The translations under genes were made by a program, and so were the position numbers. The notes beneath the pieces were generated by a model. It saw only the letters and a program-made list of their open reading frames with translations, made no database searches and was not told the DNA's origin. Shown here in pieces: positions 1 to 10,300 of a stretch of DNA of 64,000 nucleotides (the first letter of the stretch is position 1; each line of letters starts with the position of its first letter). The DNA comes from Lentisphaeria bacterium (lineage in GTDB: Bacteria > Verrucomicrobiota > Lentisphaeria > Oligosphaerales > Oligosphaeraceae). The DNA lies in contig JAEDNW010000001.1 in the NCBI GenBank assembly GCA_016302315.1, forward strand, positions 3,332-67,331, written 5' to 3'.

Positions 1-564
1 GGCGGGATCCAGATTGATGCCCAGGTTGTCCAGCCCCAGTTCCTCCAGCCTCTGGATGGCCCGGAGGAGAGTGACCGGGGTCTCCTGTCCCGTCTCGAAC
101 CAGAATTGCAGCCCCAGGGACTTGCAATAGGTGGCCACCTCGGCGATCCCCATGACCACAGGCAAAAACTCGCTGTCCGTCATGTTTTCGGGGATGAATC
201 CGCAGTGGGTGATGATGGCGGGCAGGCCCAGTTCCTTGGCGAAATCCGCCCCCTCCCGCAAATCCACCACCCGCTGGGCCCGGTAGGCGGCGGGCACCAG
301 GCCCATGGTCACGGGCCCCTCCACAAAGTTCCAGCGGACAATTCCGCCGTAGCCTGCCCAGAAGGCGCAGGGACGCACCTGCTTCGCCTCCATCTGCTCC
401 TGGATCTGGCGGAGGCTCTCCTTCCGGCGCACCGGATCCCGATACAGGGACATGTCCCAGTTGGAGAGCTGGCAGGTATGCAGCCCCAGCGAAGCGATGC
501 GATCGAAGATATGGTCACATCCCGTCTGAGGAATCCATTGAATCGTTCCGATTTTCAAGTCCAT
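1..564 (-). CDS. sugar phosphate isomerase/epimerase (xylose-isomerase-like TIM barrel); C-terminal end runs off the window
   Basis: Absent from the ORF track because it is truncated. My translation of the minus strand from the ATG at 564-562 gives MDLKIGTIQWIPQTGCDHIFDRIASLGLHTCQLSNW...AIITHCGFIPE...LQFWFETGQE...LGINLDPA, which fits the AP-endonuclease-2/xylose-isomerase-like TIM-barrel pattern. Confidence 0.6.
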   Translation of the reverse strand, partial: MDLKIGTIQWIPQTGCDHIFDRIASLGLHTCQLSNWDMSLYRDPVRRKESLRQIQEQMEAKQVRPCAFWAGYGGIVRWNFVEGPVTMGLVPAAYRAQRVVDLREGADFAKELGLPAIITHCGFIPENMTDSEFLPVVMGIAEVATYCKSLGLQFWFETGQETPVTLLRAIQRLEELGLDNLGINLDPA

Positions 565-616
565 ACGTGAAAGTTCCTTGGGGGAGTATTGCAGGGAGGG
601 AGACCGGGGGATACAG

Positions 617-668
617 AAAATCCGCCGCTTCCGCATCCCGGCGAAGGGGCGGCATCACGGCGGATTTT
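617..668. terminator. bidirectional-type hairpin (11-bp perfect arms, A-run 5' and T-run 3')
   Basis: AAAATCCGCCG (617-627) is the exact reverse complement of CGGCGGATTTT (658-668), with further GC pairing inside. It lies downstream of yebC on the minus strand. Confidence 0.5.
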
Positions 669-688
669 GCGTAACGTCAAAGAGATCT

Positions 689-718
689 CGGGAAAGGGGC
701 AGAACTCTCCCTTTCCCG
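689..718 (-). terminator. hairpin just downstream of the yebC stop
   Basis: CGGGAAAGGG (689-698) pairs with CCCTTTCCCG (709-718), a 10-bp stem with a 10-nt loop. The minus-strand tail is AGATCTCTTT. Confidence 0.45.
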
Positions 719-730
719 GGAGGAGATCAA

Positions 731-1492
731 CTACTCCTCTTCGGCGGCCAGAGCCTCGGCCACGTCATCGGAGAGTTCCATGTCGTGGTAGACAGCCTGG
801 CAGTCATCGTAGTCCTCCAGGGCGTCCACGAACTTCTGGACGCTCTTGGCGGTGCTGACATCGGACACCATGGTGGTGCTGTCGGGGATCATGGCCAGAG
901 TGGATTCGGTGGCCACAATGCCGTTGGCCTCGAAGATCGCCAGAATCTTGGCGAAGGCATCAGGGGCGGCCACGATTTCGGCGGTGCCCTCATCCACCTG
1001 GATATCGTCCACATCCACCTCCATCAGCAGCTCCATGAGCTTGTCCTCGTCTGCCCAGTCGCCCTCGATAACGAAGCGGCTCTTGCGCTTGAACTTGTAG
1101 GAGACGGCGCCGGAGCCGGCCATCTTGCAGTTGTGGCGGGTGAAGAAGGAGCGGATATCGGAGGCGCAGCGGTTCTTGTTGTCGGACATGCAGTTGATGA
1201 TGACCGACACGCCGCCGGCGGCGTAGCCTTCGTAGGTGAATTCTTCGATGGCGGCGCCGCCCAGTTCTCCCGTGCCCTTCTTGATGGCGCGGTCGATGTT
1301 GTCATTGGGCATATTGGCGGCCTTGGCGGCGGCCACGGCGGCGCGCAGACGGGCATTCAGGGCAGGATCCCCACCCCCCTCACGGGCGGCCTGGATGATT
1401 TCCTTGGAGACGCGGGAGAAGATGGCGCCGCGCTTTGCGTCAGCGGCACCCTTCTTGTGCTTGATGGACGACCATTTATTATGTCCGGACAT
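731..1492 (-). CDS. yebC: YebC/PmpR family DNA-binding transcriptional regulator
   Basis: The 253-aa ORF begins MSGHNKWSSIKHKKGAADAKRGAIFSRVSKEI...GGGDPALNARLRAAV..AKAANMPNDNIDRAIKKGTGE, the textbook YebC signature. Confidence 0.93.
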   Translation of the reverse strand: MSGHNKWSSIKHKKGAADAKRGAIFSRVSKEIIQAAREGGGDPALNARLRAAVAAAKAANMPNDNIDRAIKKGTGELGGAAIEEFTYEGYAAGGVSVIINCMSDNKNRCASDIRSFFTRHNCKMAGSGAVSYKFKRKSRFVIEGDWADEDKLMELLMEVDVDDIQVDEGTAEIVAAPDAFAKILAIFEANGIVATESTLAMIPDSTTMVSDVSTAKSVQKFVDALEDYDDCQAVYHDMELSDDVAEALAAEEE

Positions 1493-1674
1493 AAGAGACT
1501 GGCTCTCCTGATGTTGACCCGATGCCGTGAAATGCGGCCTGGACTAGCCAGGGATGCGCTATTCCCGGAGAGGAAAACTCCCTCCTCCGGATGCTCCTCG
1601 TTCTTGGCCCGTCTCCACAGCCTCCCGGCATCAGGTGGATGGTAGGAAAAGAAAATACTGGGCTTGAGGAAAAC

Positions 1675-1706
1675 GGCAAAATGTAAATCCTCCCCGGCAT
1701 TTTGCC
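1675..1706 (-). terminator. rho-independent terminator after the 1023-aa gene
   Basis: GGCAAAATG (1675-1683) pairs with CATTTTGCC (1698-1706), a 9-bp stem. On the minus strand it is followed by GTTTTCC. A second hairpin, GGGCGG-AAAA-CCGCCC, lies at 1741-1756 and abuts the stop codon. Confidence 0.6.
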
Positions 1707-1756
1707 AACAGAAAGCCCCCTGGTTCCGCCACAGAACCCAGGGCGGAAAACCGCCC

Positions 1757-4700
1757 TTACGGCTCCTGGGTGAGACGGCGGAAATATTCCTGGGTCTGCT
1801 GACGGTACTTTCTGGGAGGCGGGGAGGCGTTCCACATCAATTCCCGCCCCGTATTCCCCTGAAGCCTCTTCAGCTCCTGACGCAAAAGCTCCCCGGCCTC
1901 CTCCAGGGCAGACACCGCCCCCTCCGGACGCCCCTGGGCCGACTTCTCCGACAGCTGCGCCAGCCTGGGCATGCCAAAGGCCTTCCCCAGTTCCTCCAGG
2001 AGGCGGCGGGAGGCTTCCCGGACGCCCTCCCCTCCCTCTGTGTCCAGGGAGGACATGACACGCTCCCGCATGGTCTGAAGCTCCGACAGAGCCTGCTCCA
2101 GCTCCCGGGTGCCATAGAGGGGAATCTCCTGGCTTGCCTGGGCCAGATGCCCGCTCCACTGGCGAAGCCCCTCCGCCGCCTGCTGCTGATTCTCCGCCGC
2201 CAGGTCATACCGGCCATACAACAGGGCATTGGAGGCCCGGCTCTGGGCGCCCCCCACCTCCCGGGAAAGGGGGCTCTGGGCAATCATGCTCTCCAGCGCA
2301 CTGGCGGCCTGGGGGAAACGGCGGGCCAATTCCCGGGCCACCTCCTGGCTTTCCTGCTGGAGCGCCTGGGTCTCCCGTCCCAGGGCCTCCTGACGTTCCC
2401 GGGCCTCCCGCCGCTGGCTCATGCCTCCCTCCGAGGCATCGCGCCCCTGATTCTCCGCCGCCAGGGCCTCCTGGCGCTGGGCCAGATCCGTCGCCTGGCG
2501 TGTCAGGCGCTCCATCTGAAGCCGGGCCTCCTGGCGGAGGGCCCGGGCCAGGGCTTCCTCGGCAGTCCCCAGGGAAACCAAGGCGCGCTGCACCCGCATC
2601 TGCGCCTGGGAGAGGGCCTTGCCCTGGAGGGCCTCCCCGGCAGCCTTCAATTCCGCCGTCCCGTTCCGGAGGGGTTCCACCGCCTGGCTTCCGCCCTCCT
2701 GGGCGGCCACCTGGGGCACCAGGGCGCCGGCGCGCTCCGTCATCTCCTGGATTCTCTGGCGATCCTTCGGCCCCAAATCCGGGTAGAGATCCTGGAGGGA
2801 ATTCCGGAGGTGCTGGACTTCCTCCAGAGCCTGCTGCAATTTCTCCAGGGAGAGGCTTCGGTCGCCCCGGTCTTCCCGGGAGGGGCGTCCCTCCTGTTCC
2901 CCGGAGCCTTCGCCGGCAGACTGTCCCTCCCCCTGCCCTCCTCCGCCGCCGGCCATGGACTGGGCATTGCGGGCCAGCAGGGCCTCCAGACGGCTCAGCA
3001 GACTCAGGGCCCGGCGCTGGGGAAGCATGGACTTCTCCACCTGTCCCTCCTGGACCATCACCGCCGCTTCCCCCACGGCCTGGGAAGCCTGGAAGAGAGG
3101 GCCGCCCACCGAGGGATCCAGGAACGGCACGGAGGCCGCATGGGCAATCTGGGCCTCCCGGCCCCGGATTGCCTGGGAGAGGTTTCGCAGATCCTGGGAG
3201 AGATCCAGGCATCGGCGGGAGGCGTCGCCGGCCTTCATGATCCCCTCGCCCCGGGAGAGTCCCAGGGTATCCCGCAGCAACCGTTTTGCCTCGGCAATCA
3301 AGTCGCTGATGCTCATGGCCTGCTGCCGGGTGTCCCCGGGGCTCTGATTCTCCGGCACGGGCATCTCGGTGCGCTCCTCCTTCACCGTCAGGAAGACGGC
3401 CCTGCCCCGCCCCAGGCGGGACTGAGGTTCCCGGTTATCCCGGGCTTCCACCCAGGCCAGCACCACCTGTCCCGGCTCCAGCGTTCCGAAGTCCGGCGTC
3501 TTGCGCAGTTTCAATTCCCGGGGATCGTCTTCCCCCCGCCAGAGTTCCCAATGCTGCTCCTCCTGGTCATCCACGGCATAATGCAGCTCCACGCTGCGAA
3601 TGCCGAAGTCATCGGAGACACAGACATCCCATTCCGGGATATAGGAGGGGGTCATCTCCCCGTCGTCCTCGGGGCTGCGCAGATCCACGGCGGGAGGATA
3701 ATCCGGCGTCACCTGCACCTGGAATTCCCGTCCCTGGACCACATAGGGAAAGCGGAGAAATTCCGCATAATAGACGGTGCCGTCCTTGGGGAGGAAGGAC
3801 TCGGGGGAGTTCACCACCAGTTTTCGTCCGGGGACTTCCTTGCTGACCAGGCGCCAGGTCTCCCCCCTGGGCATCTCGCATTTCACGGAGAGGGTCTCCC
3901 CCTCCATCAGTTTCACATCCTGAAACTCCCCATACCTCCGGGGCGCCCCCTTCATATAGGCGGGAGACGTGCAGACCATCTCCACGGAGCGAGGGGCCGG
4001 GGCACGGTAGACCAGGAGACGCTCCCAGGGCGAAACAGCCTTCCGGGTCACGGCACGCACCCGGCCATTTTTCGTGACATCATAGAGGGTCAGCTCCCAG
4101 GTCTCCCCCCCCACGGCATTCATGGCCTCCCGGCGCACCTCTCCGCCGCAGTCCACCTCCAGCCAAACCCCGTCCGGGGCATCATACCGGCGGAGCATGG
4201 CCCTGAGGATCACATCCTGATGCAGGGACACCTCCTCCGCCGGAGACAGATTCAGCTGGATGGGCGGAGGGGCGAAGAGGCAGAGTCCGAGCCTTCCCCA
4301 GGCATGACGGCCTCCCCACACCAGGAGGAGGAACATCAGGGCCGCCCACCCCAGACGTCTGCCGTGCCAGCCGGGACGCCAGGAAGGGACATTCCTGGCC
4401 GTCTCCTCCCATTTTCCCAGATAGCGGACCTGCAGCTCCGCCAGATATTCCCGCTGAAACGGGGTGAGGGCCTCTCCCCGGGCGCTTTTGTCCTCCAGCT
4501 CCAGAGCGGCTTCCAGGGCATTGGCATCCCGGGGGAGATCCCTCTGGAACTCCCGGCACAGCTGGGACATGGTGAACCGGCGCCGCCCGGTGAAGAGCCA
4601 GCAGAGGAGGAACACCACCGCCAGAATCACCCCGGCCAGCATGAGGCCGCCGCACTGGTCCTCCCGCAGCTTCTCCCCCAGCAGCCCCCCCAGCACGCCT

Positions 4701-4828
4701 AGTCCCAGGAGGCAGAACACCGCCATCCAGAGGAACTCCGCCCACCGGCGGAAGGAGGCCACCCGCTCCATCCGTTTCCGAAGGGGACGCTGGGCAAAAC
4801 TCTTTTGGGAAGGGAGGAAAGGGGGCAC
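1757..4828 (-). CDS. membrane-anchored coiled-coil protein, function unknown (DUF4175-like by recollection)
   Basis: 1023 aa with N-terminal hydrophobic helices (FLWMAVFCLLGLGVLGGLLG, GLMLAGVILAVVFLLCWLF, WAALMFLLLVWGG). A beta-rich middle is followed by about 550 aa of Q/A/E/L/R-rich predicted coiled coil. The tail is PPPRKYRQQTQEYFRRLTQEP. The track start at 4828 is GTG; an ATG alternative (MERVASF) is at 4771. The 1012-aa plus-strand ORF opposite is judged an artefact. Confidence 0.6.
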   Translation of the reverse strand: MPPFLPSQKSFAQRPLRKRMERVASFRRWAEFLWMAVFCLLGLGVLGGLLGEKLREDQCGGLMLAGVILAVVFLLCWLFTGRRRFTMSQLCREFQRDLPRDANALEAALELEDKSARGEALTPFQREYLAELQVRYLGKWEETARNVPSWRPGWHGRRLGWAALMFLLLVWGGRHAWGRLGLCLFAPPPIQLNLSPAEEVSLHQDVILRAMLRRYDAPDGVWLEVDCGGEVRREAMNAVGGETWELTLYDVTKNGRVRAVTRKAVSPWERLLVYRAPAPRSVEMVCTSPAYMKGAPRRYGEFQDVKLMEGETLSVKCEMPRGETWRLVSKEVPGRKLVVNSPESFLPKDGTVYYAEFLRFPYVVQGREFQVQVTPDYPPAVDLRSPEDDGEMTPSYIPEWDVCVSDDFGIRSVELHYAVDDQEEQHWELWRGEDDPRELKLRKTPDFGTLEPGQVVLAWVEARDNREPQSRLGRGRAVFLTVKEERTEMPVPENQSPGDTRQQAMSISDLIAEAKRLLRDTLGLSRGEGIMKAGDASRRCLDLSQDLRNLSQAIRGREAQIAHAASVPFLDPSVGGPLFQASQAVGEAAVMVQEGQVEKSMLPQRRALSLLSRLEALLARNAQSMAGGGGGQGEGQSAGEGSGEQEGRPSREDRGDRSLSLEKLQQALEEVQHLRNSLQDLYPDLGPKDRQRIQEMTERAGALVPQVAAQEGGSQAVEPLRNGTAELKAAGEALQGKALSQAQMRVQRALVSLGTAEEALARALRQEARLQMERLTRQATDLAQRQEALAAENQGRDASEGGMSQRREARERQEALGRETQALQQESQEVARELARRFPQAASALESMIAQSPLSREVGGAQSRASNALLYGRYDLAAENQQQAAEGLRQWSGHLAQASQEIPLYGTRELEQALSELQTMRERVMSSLDTEGGEGVREASRRLLEELGKAFGMPRLAQLSEKSAQGRPEGAVSALEEAGELLRQELKRLQGNTGRELMWNASPPPRKYRQQTQEYFRRLTQEP

Positions 4829-4853
4829 CGGAGTCAGGCCATGGAGGCGGCGA

Positions 4854-6485
4854 CTACATGCGCTGGCGCAGCCGCTGGATCAGCTGACAAGTGGAGGCGT
4901 CGTGGTTCAGAGGAGCATCCGCCGGGGCGGCGAAATCCGCCAGGATGCGCTTGGCCAGGACCTTGCCCAGCTGGACGCCCCACTGGTCGAAGGAATAGAT
5001 GTCCCAGAGGATGCCCTGGGTGAAGATCTTCTGTTCGTAGAGCGCCATGAGGTGTCCCAGGGTGCGGGGAGTCAGTTGATCCGCCAGAATGGTGTTGGTA
5101 GGCCGGTTCCCCTGGAAGGTCTTCTGGGCCGCCAGGGCGGGGGTGATTCCCGGCTCCTCGGCCATCACCTGCTCCGTGGATTTTCCGAAGGCCAGGGCCT
5201 CGGTCTGGGCCACGAAGTTGGCCATGAGCTTCCGGTGGTGGTCCCCCACGGGGGTCTGGGAGCGGCAGAATCCGATGAAATCGGCGGGGATCAGCTTGGT
5301 GCCCTGATGGAGCAGCTGGAAGAAGGAGTGCTGGCTGTTGGTGCCGGGCTCGCCCCAGATCACCGGACCGGTCTGCCAGGTCACGGCGTTGCCGTGGCGA
5401 TCCACCGATTTCCCGTTGGACTCCATGGAGACCTGCTGCAGATGGGCCGCAAAGCGGTGCATGGCCTGGTCGTAGGGGAGGATGGCATGGGACTGGGCCC
5501 CGAAGAAGTTGTTGTACCAGATTCCCAGCAGGGCCAGGATCACCGGGAGATTCTGTTCCAGGGGAGCGGTGCGGAAGTGGCAGTCCATCTCATGGTGTCC
5601 CGCCAGCATCTCCAGGAAATTTTCGGGTCCGATCTGGAGCATGATGGGCAGTCCGATGGCGGAGCAGAGGGAGTATCTGCCTCCCACCCAGTTCCAGAAG
5701 GCGAACATGTTGTTCACGTCGATGCCGAACTTGGAGACCTCCTCCCCGTTGGTGGAGACGGCCACGAAATGGCGGGCGATGGCCTCCTTGGTGCCGAAGC
5801 GGGTGAGGATCCAGTTGCGGGCGGAGTTGGCATTGGTCATGGTCTCCTGGGTGGTGAAGGTCTTGGAGGCCACGATGAAGAGGGTTTCCTCGGGATCCAG
5901 TCCCCGGAGGGTATCACAGAGGTGGAATCCGTCCACGTTGGAGACGAAGAGGCACTGGAGGCTGGGGGAGCCGTAGGCTTTCAGGGCCTCGCAGGCCATC
6001 TTGGGGCCCAGGTCGCTGCCGCCGATGCCGATGTTCACCACATTCCGGATGGGCTTGCCGGTGTAGCCGCGCCACTCTCCGGAGCGGACCCGGCGGCAGA
6101 AGTCGGCCATCTGATCCAGCACCCGGTTCACCTCCGGCATCACGTCCTTGCCATCCACCAGGATGGGGGTGTTGGAGCGGTTCCGGAGGGCGATATGCAG
6201 CACCGCCCGGTTCTCGGTCTCGTTGATCTTCTTCCCGGTGAACATCGCCTCGATGTTCTCCTGAAGATGCGCCTCCCGGGCCAAGGCAAAGAGCAGCTCC
6301 ATTCCCTTCCGGTCAATCCGGTTCTTGGAATAGTCCAGCAGAATATCCTGGAACTCCGCCCGGTACTCCTGGGCCCGCTGGGGCTCCTGCTGGAAGAGGG
6401 AGGCGATGGTGGTCTCCCGGAGGCTTTCAAAGTGCCGCTGCAAAGCGTCCCATGCCGGAGTGGCGGGATTTTTCATCTGCATCAT
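4854..6485 (-). CDS. pgi: glucose-6-phosphate isomerase
   Basis: 543 aa containing LLDYSKNRI..., [16 protein letters not shown] and [10 protein letters not shown], with the length typical of bacterial/eukaryotic-type PGI. Confidence 0.93.
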   Translation of the reverse strand: MMQMKNPATPAWDALQRHFESLRETTIASLFQQEPQRAQEYRAEFQDILLDYSKNRIDRKGMELLFALAREAHLQENIEAMFTGKKINETENRAVLHIALRNRSNTPILVDGKDVMPEVNRVLDQMADFCRRVRSGEWRGYTGKPIRNVVNIGIGGSDLGPKMACEALKAYGSPSLQCLFVSNVDGFHLCDTLRGLDPEETLFIVASKTFTTQETMTNANSARNWILTRFGTKEAIARHFVAVSTNGEEVSKFGIDVNNMFAFWNWVGGRYSLCSAIGLPIMLQIGPENFLEMLAGHHEMDCHFRTAPLEQNLPVILALLGIWYNNFFGAQSHAILPYDQAMHRFAAHLQQVSMESNGKSVDRHGNAVTWQTGPVIWGEPGTNSQHSFFQLLHQGTKLIPADFIGFCRSQTPVGDHHRKLMANFVAQTEALAFGKSTEQVMAEEPGITPALAAQKTFQGNRPTNTILADQLTPRTLGHLMALYEQKIFTQGILWDIYSFDQWGVQLGKVLAKRILADFAAPADAPLNHDASTCQLIQRLRQRM

Positions 6486-6528
6486 AATTGAAGATCCTAA
6501 ATTTTATAAGTGACTGAAAATGAACGAA

Positions 6529-6534
6529 TTATAA
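6529..6534 (-). promoter_or_regulatory. candidate -10 box (TATAAT) for pgi
   Basis: The minus strand reads ...CTTTGTTTTATAATTCGTTC..., about 44 nt upstream of the pgi ATG, inside the only AT-rich stretch of this intergenic region. No convincing -35 box was found. Confidence 0.3.
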
Positions 6535-6555
6535 AACAAAGAGAGGGGCGAAGAA

Positions 6556-7284
6556 TCAGGGGATCTCTCCCTCTCCGAAAAGGAGACGATGGTTTTCCGC
6601 CAGGGCACAGGCCAGCGTTTCCGGATCCTCCCTGCGCAGGGAGGCCAGATGGGCGATGAGGGACGGCAGCTCTACGGGAGAATGTTTTCCGAAGGGGGCG
6701 TCGCTCTCCACCAGCAGTCGTTCCCGGGGAAGGGAACGCACCACCGACAGGAAGCGATGCCCTGCCCGCAGCAGGGAGAACCCCAGGGAAACATAGGCGC
6801 CGGGGCGGGCCAGGAGGCGGGAGACTTCTGCCCGGCCTCCGTGGAATCCGTGCACCACAATGCGCACCTGAGGGAAGGCATCCAGGCAGGGCCAGAGAAA
6901 TTCCCAGCCCCGCACCACATGGAGAATGGCCACCCGCTGCCACCGGCTCGCCAGCGCCAGCTGGGCTTTGCACCAGGCCATCTGGCATGCCGGGGAAGGA
7001 TGTCCCGGCATCCGGTCCACCCCGATCTCCCCCAGAGCGGCCAGGGGGCACTCCGAGAGGTGTCTTTCCAGCTGCGCCAGGGTCTCCTCCTGGGGATACT
7101 TCTCCAGATGCCAGGGATGGACGCCCAGGGCGGGAAGGATTCCCTTTCCGGCAGCGGCACAGGTGGCCAGGCATGCCTCCCATTCCGGAGGGTCGGCGCA
7201 GACCACGCCGGAGAGCAGGCCCGCCTCCCGCCAGGCCGTCAGCCCCTCCAGAGGAAGATGGAGATGACTGTCGGAGAACCTCAC
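6556..7284 (-). CDS. TatD-family metal-dependent hydrolase
   Basis: 242 aa with MRFSDSHLHL at the N-terminus, GEIGVD, an internal HGF.GG motif and ESDAPF near the C-terminus. These are the TatD/YcfH motifs. Confidence 0.8.
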   Translation of the reverse strand: MRFSDSHLHLPLEGLTAWREAGLLSGVVCADPPEWEACLATCAAAGKGILPALGVHPWHLEKYPQEETLAQLERHLSECPLAALGEIGVDRMPGHPSPACQMAWCKAQLALASRWQRVAILHVVRGWEFLWPCLDAFPQVRIVVHGFHGGRAEVSRLLARPGAYVSLGFSLLRAGHRFLSVVRSLPRERLLVESDAPFGKHSPVELPSLIAHLASLRREDPETLACALAENHRLLFGEGEIP

Positions 7285-7308
7285 GGAGAGAAAGGGATGG
7301 CGGAAGGG

Positions 7309-10300
7309 CTATGCGAAGTACTCCACACCGCTGGCGAAGATTCCCTGGTCCTTGTTGCCCGGGATGTTCTTGCCCAGATTGGTGTCCCAGGTGCGTTCGG
7401 AGTGTCCCATCTTGCCCAGCACCCGGCCGTCCGGGGAGGTGATGCCCTCGATGGCATTGACGGAGCCGTTGGGATTCCAAGGCATCTCCAGGGCGGGGCG
7501 TCCCTCCAGGTCGGCGTACTGGAAGGCCACCTGGCCTCCCGCCACCAGTTCGGCCACCTGCTGAGGCGTGGCATGGAAGCGGCCCTCGCCATGGGAGATG
7601 GCCACCTCGTGGACATCCCCCACCCGGGCGTGGAGGAGCCAGGGAGACTTGACGGAGGCAACCACAGTGCGGGCCATGGTGGCCACGTGGCGTCCCAGGG
7701 TATTGAAGGTAAGGGTGGGGGCGTCTTTTTCCAGGGAGGGAAGGATTTCGCCGTAGGGAACCAGGCCCAGTTTGATGAGGGCCTGGAAGCCGTTGCAGAT
7801 TCCCAGGGCTAGTCCGTCCCGCCGATGGAGGAGATCATCCATGGCCTCCCGAACCCGGGGATTCCGGAAGGTGGTGGCAATGAATTTTCCGGAGCCATCG
7901 GGTTCGTCGCCGCCGGAGAAGCCACCGGGGAAGGCCACGATCTGGGCATTGCGGATGGCCTTCACCAGTTTTTCCACGGAATCCTCGATGTCGGCGGCAG
8001 AGAGATTGCGGATGAGGATCTGTTCGGGGATGGCGCCGGCCTGGGCGAAGGCCCGGGCCGTATCCGTCTCGCAGTTGGTGCCGGGGAACACGGGAATGAG
8101 GACCCGGGGATGGGCCACCCGGATGGCAGGCTTGCTCCCGTTGCGCTGGGCGCAGGGCTCCCAGGTGGCCAGAGGTGTCTTTCCGGTACGGGTGGGGAAG
8201 ATCTTCTCCAGGGGGCGTTCCCAGGCGGGAATAGCCTCGTAGAGCGGATAGCGCATGGCGCCCACAGTGATGGCGGCGTCATCGGTGGTGCAGCCCACCA
8301 CAGGATATCCGGGCAGGGGTTCCTGGCTTTCCACCAGGATGGCGCCGTAGTCCGGGGTGAAGAGCGTCCCGGGGTCCTGGGGGAGTTCTCCCCGGAAGCC
8401 CACCAGGTTTCCAAAGCACATCTTGGAGAGTGCGGCGGCCATGCCGCCCCGGCCCACCGTCTGGGCCGCCAGCACCTTCCCCTCCTGGATGAATCCGTGG
8501 AGGGCGGCGAAATTCCGGCGCAGCCCCTCAAAATCCGGGGTTCCGTCGGCCAGACGGCACACCGGCAGCAGCGTCACGGGATGGCCCGCTCCCTTGAATT
8601 CGGGGCTCACCACCTGGCGGGCGTCTCCCGCCACCACGGCGAAGCACACCAGGGAGGGGGGCACCGTCAGACGCTCAAAGGTGCCGGACATGGAGTCTTT
8701 GCCTCCGATGGCCGCCGTCCCGAATTCCAGCTGAGCCCGCAGGCCGCCCAGCACGGCAGCCAGGGGCAGACCCCATTTGGCAGGATCGCCGCCCAGATGC
8801 TCGAAGTACTCCTGGAAGGAGAGACGCGCCTGGGAGGCATCGCCGCCGGCCGCCGCCAGCTTGGCCAGGGCCTCCACCACGGCGTAGATGGCGCCGTGGA
8901 AGGGGCTCCAGGAGCACACATCCGGATCATAGCCGTGGCTCATGATGGTGCAGCACTCGGTGTGTCCCATGGCGGGGAGCTTGGCCACCATGGCCTCGCT
9001 GGGCGTCAGGCGGGTCTTGCCGCCGTAGGGTTCCAGGACGCTGGCGGCGCCGATGGTGCCGTCAAAGCGCTCCACCAGTCCCTTCTGGGAGCAGACATTC
9101 AGTTCCTGGATGGTGTCCATCCAGCGGGGAAGCAGATCCTGGACCGGCTGAGGCAGGAAGGGATTTCTGGCGGCATCGGGGGATTCCACCTTCACCTGGG
9201 TATGCTGGGTCACCCCGTTGGTATCCAGGAATTCACGGGAAATGGAGACAATGGGGCGTCCCCGCCACTGCATCTCCAGGCGTCCCTCTCCCGTGACCCG
9301 GGCCACCGCCGTGGCCTCCAGATTTTCCTGGGCGGAGAGGGCCAGGGCCGCCTCCACGTCTCCCGGGGCCACCACCACCGCCATGCGCTCCTGGGATTCG
9401 GAAATAGCCAGTTCCGTGCCATCCAAGCCGGCGTACTTCTTGGGGACCGCATCCAGATCGATGGTCAGGCCGGGGGCCAGCTCGCCAATGGCCACAGAGA
9501 CCCCCCCCGCGCCAAAGTCATTGCACCGCTTCACCAGCCGGGAGAACTCCGGGCGGCGGAAAAGCCGTTGAATGTTCCGCTCCGTCAGGGGATTTCCCTT
9601 CTGCACCTCGGCGCCGCAGCTCTGGAGGGATTCCTCGGTGTGGGCCTTGGAGGAGCCTGTGGCCCCGCCGCAGCCATCCCGGCCCGTGCGGCCGCCAATG
9701 AGGAGGATCACATCGCCGGGCTCCGGCTGCTTGCGGATCACATTGGCCTTGGGGGCAGCCGCAATGACCGCCCCCAGCTCCAGACGCTTGGCCACAAAGC
9801 CCGGATGGTAGTATTCCTGGATCTTGCCCGCCGCCAGACCGATCTGGTTGCCATAGGAGGAATAGCCCGCCGCCGCCGTCCGGGTGATCTTCCGCTGAGG
9901 CAGCTTTCCGGGAAGGGTCTCCTCCACCGGCACCCGGGGATCTCCGGCACCGGTGATGCGCATGGCCTGGTAGACGTAGGAACGGCCGGAGAGGGGATCC
10001 CGGATGGCACCGCCCAGACAGGTGGCCGCGCCGCCGAAGGGCTCGATTTCCGTGGGGTGGTTGTGGGTCTCGTTCTTGAACATCACCAGCCAGGGTTCCT
10101 TGCGGCCGTCAATCTCCGCCTCCACCTCAATGGAGCAGGCGTTGATCTCCTCGGAAGCATCCAGATTGGCCAGCTTGCCCTGACGCTTCAGTTCCCGGGA
10201 CCCGATGGTCCCCGCATCCATCAGGCACAGGGTCTTCTCTTCCCGGCCCAGCTCCTTCCGGATCTCCAGATACTTGGCAAAGGCGGCGCGGATGGGAGCC

